DNA of 64,000 bases, taken from a virus. The translations under genes and the position numbers were made by a program. The DNA is taken from IMG/VR virus record IMGVR_UViG_3300045988_154277. The stretch is one strand, 5' to 3'. Each line of letters starts with the position of its first letter. Position 1 is the first letter of the stretch. The notes beneath the pieces are model-generated. The model searched no databases. It was not told the origin of the DNA and worked only from the letters and a program-made list of their open reading frames with translations. This document shows positions 1-7,919 of this stretch, one piece after another.

Positions 1-2630
1 CTCTCTTGTCCTTTAGCACTCTTGTCGACAGGACGATATGTCTGGTTGACCTTCTTCGTTCCTGCTCCTCCGACGATCAGGTTACCAGTTACTCCAGCCA
101 GAGCACTATCCTGGTCTTCTGCAGTCAGATATCCAGCAACCTGATCTCTCATCCGAGCTAAATCAGCGTCATACACCAAGGTGAAATCCCCATTCAACAC
201 ATCGTTCATGATCTCGTTGACCAGAACCGAATAGATGTGATGACTATGTGGGATCACGACGAAACTATCATCCACAGGATGCAGCCCTCTGAAATATTCC
301 AAGATCGCGATGCATCGTTCCGTATCGAGGTCATCTCCGTACTGCTGCATCATGTCGTTGACGCTTTCCGGAAGCATCCCTCTGGTGTACCAGATCGCTC
401 CGTTGCGCACACTGTTTGGGAGTTTCAGAAGTCCGTATTCATATTGCAGATCACGGATCGCCAATCCATCACAAGTGAGCATCGCCAGCTCTTGATACCA
501 ATACAAGAGCACGTTCAACGTATCGATGTAGTGAACTTTAACGAATCCATTCTCCTCTGTAAAACAGGGATCTGTTGTCACGTAGATCGTGAGGTTGTTA
601 TCCTCTGTTCCAGAGTTCAAGTATTCACTGTTATTCACCTGGATCGTTTGCGATGCGATATTCCCAAGCATACTCTTATTGACAGCATGAACGTAGTCAA
701 CGTCACGAACCAACTCACGTCCATTCAGATACACGATCGGATGAACCGTGTGGACCAACGGGATCTGGATCTGAGATCCATCACTCCACTGAGTAGCGTT
801 CACCATCAACATACCGGAGCCGATACTGTGACCGTACAGCTCACCTAATTTAAAGGTACGATTGTAAGCAGTGGTCATCAGTCGTTTCGAACAGATCAGG
901 AAGGTTCTTCCGAACTGATCCTCTCCGAACGAGATCGTCGATGTACCGTCTTCATTTTCAGTGATCGAGTAGTACGTCGACGTTAAACTCTCCGGATCGA
1001 TTTGTTCGTAGGTCTGATCTACTGAATACTGATCGGCGAAATAGTTGCTCTTCGGTTCATCGTCATCACGTTCTCTGACACGGAACACTACGACATCACC
1101 AGTGACGGTCAAGGTATTGTTCCCCTCCATCGGAGACAAATATTCCGCATAGAACTTCGAATTCTCAAAGAGTTCCACCACGATCTCTGTATTCAGTGGT
1201 AAAGGAACACTCTTATCGATACTGATGACGACATACTGTCCGTGCTTGTTCACGTTGTAGAGTGTGTCGTCCAGATGTTTTCCATCGACAAACACATGTG
1301 CTCCAATATATCGAAGTGGGATCATCGCCAGTGGAAGATCCACGGTGAACACATGGGTGGTGTTCGGTCCGATGGTTGTTCTGGTAACACGTTTGCACAG
1401 CAGAGACATCGTGTTGTAGAATCCAAGAGCTTGGATGTACCCTGTTAAGGAGTTCACTCCACTGAACAGTGGGTTCTTGAACATCAGGTCCACATATTTG
1501 CTGGATTCCAGATGATCTGCCCTCCAGAAGGGAAGGGATGAGTCTCCTCTTCCCACCAGGAAGTTAAGGATCTCCTCATCGGACAGCTGATACAACATGA
1601 ACAGATAGTTCGCTTCTCGGATCAGCTTCAATCCTTTGTTGTGACGTCTTGCGATCACTCGGATCTCGATCTCCGTGGTATCCAATGCATTCATGTATGC
1701 ATTCAGGAGGATCTCGCTGATCGCGAAATCGTTGTGTGTCAACTGGATGATCGCATCGGTTGTGTTGAACCGATGGAGGAACAGCCCCTTCAGATGAGAG
1801 TTCGCAGTCGATGTATTTAGAGGACGGACGAACATATCACAAGTGTTATGTGTGATCAGATAGTTCTCCGGGTTATCCTCTTTTGGGATATGCATGATGT
1901 AGTTGAATCTCGCGTACTTCTTACTGCGGTAGAGGTAGTTCTGACCAACCACAGACAAGTTCACTGTGAAATCACTGACGATGTCGGGATCCGTGATCAG
2001 CTCGATGTAGTCTCCGATCTGGATATCGTTCATCGAAGCAACCTGGCTTTCACGTCCGTTGATGAACACGATATTCGCCAGACGAGCCATATCCCAAGCT
2101 TGGTTCCTGCTCTCCAGGTTGTTAGGACGGAGACAATCCGTCGATAAGTTCGTCAGAGGTTCTCCGTCACTATCCACATAAACAGAGACGAAGATCTTCT
2201 TAAAGTTGTATCTTGCACCGAGTATCGTCCTGGCCATCTTCGCTTCGATCGCCATGATGAAGGAACTACGGCACGGATAGTTGGTAATGTAGATCCCACG
2301 TCTCCACAACCACTCCCCGTTCGTACCGGTCACTCTGAAATCAAATGGGTTGGTATCCAGCCACTCGTCCAAAGGTACCCAGTCTGGAACGTTGATATTG
2401 AGGTTCCCCATACAGCATTTGGGAACCTCATATACGTAATAAGAGTCGGTATAGGGGAGTAAAAGAGAGACCGGTCCAAGATCGACCGATCCCATCCGTG
2501 GTATCGCACTGATACACCGTGCTATAAAGTTCTGACGATACTCTGTTGTCGGCATGTTCCAAATGTGATCCAGACAGTACTTGTTCAGATATTTGGACAT
2601 CACCGTAGAAGTATCAATCGTAATGGACAT
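1..2630 (-). CDS. Large hypothetical protein, truncated at window edge (>875 aa; start codon at 2630-2628, C-terminal part lies beyond position 1)
   Basis: Manual minus-strand translation from ATG 2630 (MSITIDTSTVMSKYLNKY...) stays open to position 1. Absent from the ORF track because no stop falls inside the window. Start is 4 nt after the stop of the upstream gene (2635). Confidence 0.6.
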   Translation of the reverse strand, partial: MSITIDTSTVMSKYLNKYCLDHIWNMPTTEYRQNFIARCISAIPRMGSVDLGPVSLLLPYTDSYYVYEVPKCCMGNLNINVPDWVPLDEWLDTNPFDFRVTGTNGEWLWRRGIYITNYPCRSSFIMAIEAKMARTILGARYNFKKIFVSVYVDSDGEPLTNLSTDCLRPNNLESRNQAWDMARLANIVFINGRESQVASMNDIQIGDYIELITDPDIVSDFTVNLSVVGQNYLYRSKKYARFNYIMHIPKEDNPENYLITHNTCDMFVRPLNTSTANSHLKGLFLHRFNTTDAIIQLTHNDFAISEILLNAYMNALDTTEIEIRVIARRHNKGLKLIREANYLFMLYQLSDEEILNFLVGRGDSSLPFWRADHLESSKYVDLMFKNPLFSGVNSLTGYIQALGFYNTMSLLCKRVTRTTIGPNTTHVFTVDLPLAMIPLRYIGAHVFVDGKHLDDTLYNVNKHGQYVVISIDKSVPLPLNTEIVVELFENSKFYAEYLSPMEGNNTLTVTGDVVVFRVRERDDDEPKSNYFADQYSVDQTYEQIDPESLTSTYYSITENEDGTSTISFGEDQFGRTFLICSKRLMTTAYNRTFKLGELYGHSIGSGMLMVNATQWSDGSQIQIPLVHTVHPIVYLNGRELVRDVDYVHAVNKSMLGNIASQTIQVNNSEYLNSGTEDNNLTIYVTTDPCFTEENGFVKVHYIDTLNVLLYWYQELAMLTCDGLAIRDLQYEYGLLKLPNSVRNGAIWYTRGMLPESVNDMMQQYGDDLDTERCIAILEYFRGLHPVDDSFVVIPHSHHIYSVLVNEIMNDVLNGDFTLVYDADLARMRDQVAGYLTAEDQDSALAGVTGNLIVGGAGTKKVNQTYRPVDKSAKGQE

Positions 2631-2634
2631 GTTG

Positions 2635-3663
2635 TCACCGTTTAACCTTATTGATCACAGCTCCTGTTCCCATGATGTCATTGGCGAACTGGAGGATCTT
2701 GCCTTTGGTGTTACGTAATTTGATCACATTCGACATCGTCGGGATTTTCGCCCCGGATGCCACTCTCAACAACTGGTAAACCCAGTATGGGGGATACTCC
2801 AACGCGATCGCCATCGTGATGCTGTCTGCTGCACTGGAGGAGAGGAACCGATAGAGCTGAGTTTTCGTCAGCTTCCGCATCCGGTGAGGACCTCTCTGTT
2901 GTAGAGCAGTGCAAATCACTTCTGGTGTCCAGAGTTTATTCGGATGATGGTTAAGATCTTCCACACTCTTGATCCTGGATTGAATATCGTTCATGGTTCC
3001 AAGGAACCCACAACGATTCAACAGAGCAGGATAGAGGTTGGGACCTTCTCCCCCGAGAAGCTGTGCATAATACGCAGCGAACAGAGTCTGAACGAACATC
3101 GATTCATTGTAGTCCAACCCATAGATACGACCCAACTCTACACCGATCGTCGTAGCATACGATTCGATCACGAACGATGCCAGTTTCGGGGAGAGCCAAG
3201 GGTCATGATCCTCATATCCAGTAACCAGTGCAGCACGCACAAACAGACTCGCCAACATGGTCGAATCTGTAATATTGTACTGGACATTGTATGGGTCTAC
3301 TTTTGTCGATATGGAGGTCAAGTTCACCCAACATTTCTGAAACCGTGCCGGTACAGAAAGGTTGCGAACCGACTTCCCGTCGACTACGATGTCTTGGATC
3401 GTTAAGACTTCAGGTATATCGTCCACTACCCCACTTAAGTTGTAGCAGAGGAAGCTTTGAAGCTTATCCGATTCAACAAGATCCTGATAGATCTTGGAGA
3501 TCGGAGTGCTAGAGAAGATCCGTGTCTGCGCAACGTGGGATAACTGATCGGGTGTCAGCACAGTGTCCGCTGTGTCCTTAATAAGAAACGCTACGGCTTG
3601 CTGTAACGGGACTTGCCCGATCCTATCTGCGACGATCGAGACGTCAAAAAGAGATAATTTCAT
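2635..3663 (-). CDS. Hypothetical protein (342 aa)
   Basis: Long minus ORF with unbiased composition, tightly coupled to the downstream gene. Confidence 0.6.
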   Translation of the reverse strand: MKLSLFDVSIVADRIGQVPLQQAVAFLIKDTADTVLTPDQLSHVAQTRIFSSTPISKIYQDLVESDKLQSFLCYNLSGVVDDIPEVLTIQDIVVDGKSVRNLSVPARFQKCWVNLTSISTKVDPYNVQYNITDSTMLASLFVRAALVTGYEDHDPWLSPKLASFVIESYATTIGVELGRIYGLDYNESMFVQTLFAAYYAQLLGGEGPNLYPALLNRCGFLGTMNDIQSRIKSVEDLNHHPNKLWTPEVICTALQQRGPHRMRKLTKTQLYRFLSSSAADSITMAIALEYPPYWVYQLLRVASGAKIPTMSNVIKLRNTKGKILQFANDIMGTGAVINKVKR

Positions 3664-3741
3664 ATCTTTAACCTCGTGTTGTCTAAGATGATTCTAAAGT
3701 CATAGGATCGTCGGCGACAACAAGTAACTGGAGAAATCTTT

Positions 3742-5868
3742 ATGGCGACGACTATTAAGCCATTCCCACATTATCAGATCAATGTGAAAGATAACTCCAT
3801 CTACAACGTGGAGTACACGACCATCCTCCCGGTGCATCGTCCGATCTGGATCATGCGCGCTCAGGAAGGACCGGTTGGGGATCCCGTGTGGTGTCCGACG
3901 TATACATTCGCTGCGGCTACTTTCGGTGAACAGACCTTCACCAATACCAATAAGAAGTACTACAGCAAACAGGCGAAAGTCCTGGTGGATACGCTGACCT
4001 ACAACGGTGCCTTCATCTGTCGTGCCGCCGATGAAACTGCTCTAAACTCAGTGGTGATCATCGAAGCTTGGGTTCGTCAGGTGAATGGAACCGAAGAAGA
4101 CGGAATCCTCCAGTACCTTTACGATGATGATGGACATCGACAAGTCGATGATGATGGCAACTACAAGCCGAAGAAAGACGGTGCTGGCAACAATGTGTAT
4201 GAACCTGGTCTCGAGATCAAGTACACACAGCGTTCCGCTCTGCTCTCTTCGGAAGAAGTTAGCGGTTTCGACTTCAGCTCTCTGCAGATGCGTCCAGAGG
4301 AGGATGGCGGCAAGAACTGGTCGGTTTACCCGATCATGGTCTTCGAAGCCCTCTATCCCGGCGAATACGGCAACGACCTCTGCTTCTCCCTGTTCTACAA
4401 GAACTCTGAGAACCTGGCTGGAGATGTCAACTTCTACAAGACGTTGTTCTACACTTTCGCTCCGGCTCGGAGAGATTACAACAGCACCACGGTTACTCCT
4501 CATTACGACATCTATAACACCACTCAGAACAGCTTCGCTGCGAACCCAGAGACGCTGAACCCCGATACTGGTGCTGAGATGTCGATGCAGGCGGTGTGCA
4601 ATAAAGCCTACGATGAAGATACGCATCAGCTTCCGTACACCATCTACACCTATGAAGAGAACCTGAACAAGATCGGTAACCTTATCGCTCAGTTTGAAAC
4701 GGAAGGGTCTCTTGGACTTACCAAACCTGATAATGTTTCGAATAGCGCTTTCGGCTACATGGTCAATGTGATCTCCTGCCGCAACCTCGGTGGAACGCCG
4801 TATGATCACGTCCGTCTGATCACCATCGACGAGACCGATGAAACTGTCGTTCAGCTTGCTGAAGACAGCTACATCTACCTGGCTGGTGGTTACGATGGCA
4901 GCGACATCGGCGATGAGATGGTTCAGAAGTGCATCCAGCAGTTCTGTGCTAAAAAACTCAATCCGAAGATCGTGGACAAGTTCCGCTATCCATTCACTCA
5001 CATGTACGATGTGGGTTACAACTTCGACACCAAGTACGCGATGCTCGATTTCCTCGATGTTCGCGACGACGTGATGATCGAACTGAGCACCCAGGTGCTC
5101 ATGGCGGATGGTACAGGTCGTACGATCCAGATGAACGACCAGATGACCGATGAGTCCAACGGCGAAGCTCTGCGTAGCCGTGCTCTGCTCATGCGGGAAT
5201 CGGTTCTCAAAGGCACCGACTGCTGCCGTTGTGCGATCTATGCGCATACCGGGTTCCTTGCGGATGGTGTCTACAGTGAACCCATGCCGTTCACTTACTG
5301 GAGTGCGATGAAGCACGCTATGTATGGCAACCTGCCGTATATGAACACGACCGAACCACGTGGTTGGCCTCAGAGCTACAACGAGTACTTCAAAGTCTCG
5401 TCTGTCAACTGGATCAACTACGATCCGGAAGGTCAGTCTCGTGTTTGGGACACTGGTATCAACTATGTCCAGTGGGCAGACATGTCTCGCATCTTCTATC
5501 CTGCTCTTCGCACCGTGTACCGTGCGGAAACCTCGGTGCTCGTCGATCAGTGGTTCGTCGATGCGGTGGTCTACACCAAGCATGTGGTTCGTAAAGCCTG
5601 GGGTAAGTTCAGCGGACGCAACGACAAAGTTGCTGTGCTGCAGCAAGGGATCAAGGAGTACCTTGATACCGAGCTCTCTTACCTGTACAACGGCAAGTAC
5701 GATTTCGAAGTCTCGGTCTATCAGACCGCCGAAGAACAGCGTATCGGATATATCCAGCACGTCCTGATCCGACTCACCAGTCCTGCCACCATGCGTGTGC
5801 TCGACGTTGATATCGAGGTCAACCGTGAAGGTTACAATCCGGAAGAAACAACTGCTGAAGCAGCGTAA
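3742..5868 (+). CDS. Structural protein, possibly contractile tail sheath (708 aa)
   Basis: 708-aa ORF with RBS GGAG 8 nt upstream of ATG. It is followed 10 nt later by a 342-aa ORF (sheath-then-tube arrangement). Size is similar to the phiKZ sheath at about 695 aa. Function inferred only from size and synteny. Confidence 0.35.
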   Translation: MATTIKPFPHYQINVKDNSIYNVEYTTILPVHRPIWIMRAQEGPVGDPVWCPTYTFAAATFGEQTFTNTNKKYYSKQAKVLVDTLTYNGAFICRAADETALNSVVIIEAWVRQVNGTEEDGILQYLYDDDGHRQVDDDGNYKPKKDGAGNNVYEPGLEIKYTQRSALLSSEEVSGFDFSSLQMRPEEDGGKNWSVYPIMVFEALYPGEYGNDLCFSLFYKNSENLAGDVNFYKTLFYTFAPARRDYNSTTVTPHYDIYNTTQNSFAANPETLNPDTGAEMSMQAVCNKAYDEDTHQLPYTIYTYEENLNKIGNLIAQFETEGSLGLTKPDNVSNSAFGYMVNVISCRNLGGTPYDHVRLITIDETDETVVQLAEDSYIYLAGGYDGSDIGDEMVQKCIQQFCAKKLNPKIVDKFRYPFTHMYDVGYNFDTKYAMLDFLDVRDDVMIELSTQVLMADGTGRTIQMNDQMTDESNGEALRSRALLMRESVLKGTDCCRCAIYAHTGFLADGVYSEPMPFTYWSAMKHAMYGNLPYMNTTEPRGWPQSYNEYFKVSSVNWINYDPEGQSRVWDTGINYVQWADMSRIFYPALRTVYRAETSVLVDQWFVDAVVYTKHVVRKAWGKFSGRNDKVAVLQQGIKEYLDTELSYLYNGKYDFEVSVYQTAEEQRIGYIQHVLIRLTSPATMRVLDVDIEVNREGYNPEETTAEAA

Positions 5869-5878
5869 GAGGTGAACT

Positions 5879-6907
5879 ATGGCTTCTAAGAATCAAGAAA
5901 ACCTCGGTCGGTTCTTCTACGAACCGGAACAAGCTGCTCAGATCACCGGTGTCCAGCAGGGTACCTCTCTTCCGATGACCTCGGATGAGAAAGGCATGTC
6001 CTCGGGTCTCCAGCTCGGATCCGGTTCCAACATGCCGCTGTTGGACGTCGCTACGCCGTGTACGTTTACCCCTGTCGTCCTGGTGGTGACTTCGCTCCCT
6101 GCCATGTACGTCGTGGATGGTAAGCCGACCCGCATGGCGTGGGTTCTGAAAGACCTCATCGAAAGTCACGCGAAATCTGTTACTGGCATCGACTTCGGTT
6201 ATACGCTCGGTACACAGGAAGGTCCTGTCGGTCACGACAGCCAGAACTTCCTTGTCCCTGCGAAAACCACTCGTGGTCAGGTCAGTCCTTCGTTCACCTT
6301 CGATGAACTGAGTGGCAACCTTGTCTGGAACACGTTCAAGAAGTGGATCTGGGACATCCAGCATCCCGATACGAACGCGAGTATGGCCAACGTGGTCTTC
6401 CCTGGCGCTTACACGATGTCCGCTTATGCGCTCTCGTTCATGGCGATCCAGTTCGACCCAACCATGCGTCCGGATCACATCATCGACGCCGCCCACTACG
6501 CCAACGTCTGGCCGACGGGCACTGGTGATATCGGATTCCAGCGTGTGATCGGAACGGTTCAGCACCCGGAACGTACGATCCCGATGACGGCTATCGTTCA
6601 ACACAATGATTACATCAAGACCATTGCGATGACGATCGCTGAGCAGTTGGCGCTACACAAGCACAACTACAACATCGCGCCCCCGTACAAATCGAGGGTG
6701 GACAAACCGCTCGAAGGCATGGGTCTCGGTGTGGAACACGAAGAGCGTATGGGTTGGGCGAAGCAGGATGGTATCTCTTCGTTCGATACTCGTCCCTCCA
6801 GTGGCACCACCACCTCGACATCTCATGCGGTTCACCCGGATCAGATGCAGTATCCGGATGGTGTGTCCAACTTCCAGCGTTCCGACAGGAACTGGGACCA
6901 GAACTAA
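5879..6907 (+). CDS. Structural protein, possibly tail tube (342 aa)
   Basis: Immediately downstream of the sheath candidate and followed by a plus-strand terminator hairpin. Confidence 0.3.
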   Translation: MASKNQENLGRFFYEPEQAAQITGVQQGTSLPMTSDEKGMSSGLQLGSGSNMPLLDVATPCTFTPVVLVVTSLPAMYVVDGKPTRMAWVLKDLIESHAKSVTGIDFGYTLGTQEGPVGHDSQNFLVPAKTTRGQVSPSFTFDELSGNLVWNTFKKWIWDIQHPDTNASMANVVFPGAYTMSAYALSFMAIQFDPTMRPDHIIDAAHYANVWPTGTGDIGFQRVIGTVQHPERTIPMTAIVQHNDYIKTIAMTIAEQLALHKHNYNIAPPYKSRVDKPLEGMGLGVEHEERMGWAKQDGISSFDTRPSSGTTTSTSHAVHPDQMQYPDGVSNFQRSDRNWDQN

Positions 6908-6920
6908 TCGTTCTATCGAT

Positions 6921-6954
6921 ATCTACCAAGGAAGTGTATTCTCCCTTGGTAGAT
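6921..6954 (+). terminator. Rho-independent terminator hairpin (atctaccaagg...ccttggtagat) followed by ATTTTACTT
   Basis: 11-bp perfect stem plus T-rich tail, directly after stop 6907. Confidence 0.6.
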
Positions 6955-7048
6955 ATTTTACTTATATCGATCGCATACGATGCCCGGATTGAACACATAC
7001 ATGAATGATCCATCCGTTAATGCTGTTTGATCATTTCTCATGATTTTA

Positions 7049-7066
7049 TCCCTGCTATAGCAGGGA
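7049..7066. repeat. 18-bp perfect palindrome TCCCTGCTATAGCAGGGA; its core CCTGCTATAGCAGG recurs at 34966-34979
   Basis: Exact palindrome seen twice in the window, both times in intergenic DNA next to terminators. Confidence 0.5.
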
Positions 7067-7096
7067 TGTGTTTAAACGAGATGACAAAAAAGAAGA

Positions 7097-7121
7097 AGGT
7101 GTGCCCCGTAGAGCACACCTT
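7097..7121 (-). terminator. Rho-independent terminator (aaggtgtgc...gcacacctt) with U-run on the minus strand
   Basis: 9-bp stem. The minus-strand transcript continues CUUCUUCUUUUUUGUC. Confidence 0.6.
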
Positions 7122-7133
7122 ACTATCCTCTGC

Positions 7134-7361
7134 TTATCGAAGCAGAACTTTTACACGATCTGCAATCACACACATCGTGTCAGTGATCACAGTCGTGAGT
7201 AACGCTGTCGCTTTTGGCATGAACAGCCAGATACCCCAGGTACAGAACCACAAAGCGTTTTCTGTTGTGTAGGCTTTGAAGAGTCCGAACAGTGGGATGT
7301 ATCCGTAGAAGAAGACGGAGAGTGCGATGACGACGACAGTGTCAGTTGTTTTGGTGTTCAT
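7134..7361 (-). CDS. Small membrane protein (about 75 aa, start MNTKTTD)
   Basis: RBS AAGGAAGGAG 8 nt upstream of the ATG at 7361. Two hydrophobic segments (VVVIALSVFFYGYIPLFGLF, LWFCTWGIWLF). The listed ORF has an unsupported N-terminal extension. Confidence 0.5.
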   Translation of the reverse strand: MNTKTTDTVVVIALSVFFYGYIPLFGLFKAYTTENALWFCTWGIWLFMPKATALLTTVITDTMCVIADRVKVLLR

Positions 7362-7495
7362 AATAGAACTCCTTCCTTTTAATTGTTTACGATTACAAAC
7401 ATTATTTGAATAAAGCACGAGTGACATAGCCTATGGCTAGAAGAGTGTTCGCATCACTCAACTAGCAAACAAATTGATTTGGTTAACAGCTCAGT

Positions 7496-7678
7496 TTACT
7501 GAGCTACAGGGATGATGTCGTAAACACCATTCCCAAGGTCAACAACCTTCGCTACTTGAACGTAGCGTCCGTCGTGTGTTCTCACACGAAGACTGGATGC
7601 AGGAAGTCGACCTGTGATGACTTGGCGCAGAAGCCTTGCCATTGTGTAGTCTTTTGGACGTGAGTTAATCACAGCCAT
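7496..7678 (-). CDS. Small hypothetical protein (60 aa)
   Basis: RBS TGGAGGTG upstream. First gene downstream of early-type promoter P1. Confidence 0.5.
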   Translation of the reverse strand: MAVINSRPKDYTMARLLRQVITGRLPASSLRVRTHDGRYVQVAKVVDLGNGVYDIIPVAQ

Positions 7679-7826
7679 AAGTACACCTCCAAGGTTAAGA
7701 CAGTGGCATTGGTTAACGGTAAGGTGAGATTACGATACATCACCAATGAACAACAGAAGCTGATGTAATCACCACTTAACTACATCACAAACAGGAGGCG
7801 AGTCACTCGTCGCTCTATTCGCTTAA

Positions 7827-7847
7827 GTAATATATACGTGAAAAACG
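7827..7847 (-). promoter_or_regulatory. Early-type promoter P1 (minus-strand core TATATATTAC; plus strand GTAATATATACGTGAAAAACG)
   Basis: One of seven copies of the conserved motif. Always placed as gene-stop, hairpin, motif, next minus-strand gene. The core equals the reported phiKZ early consensus TATATTAC. Confidence 0.6.
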
Positions 7848-7866
7848 TTTCACTTACACTTTTAAA

Positions 7867-7902
7867 TAAAGCGATACAGGAGTTGAGGGTTGCCCCTCAA
7901 CT
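7867..7902 (-). terminator. Terminator hairpin (atacaggagttgagggttg/cccctcaactcctgtat)
   Basis: 16-bp stem directly after stop 7920, followed on the minus strand by CGCUUUAUUU. Confidence 0.6.
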
Positions 7903-7919
7903 CCTGTATCTTAATTACG

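Noticed and set aside
4048-5760. 570-aa minus-strand ORF inside the sheath-like gene, and the 261-aa ORF at 5819..6604
   Set aside because: Antisense shadow ORFs. The plus-strand genes have RBS, a terminator and coherent composition.
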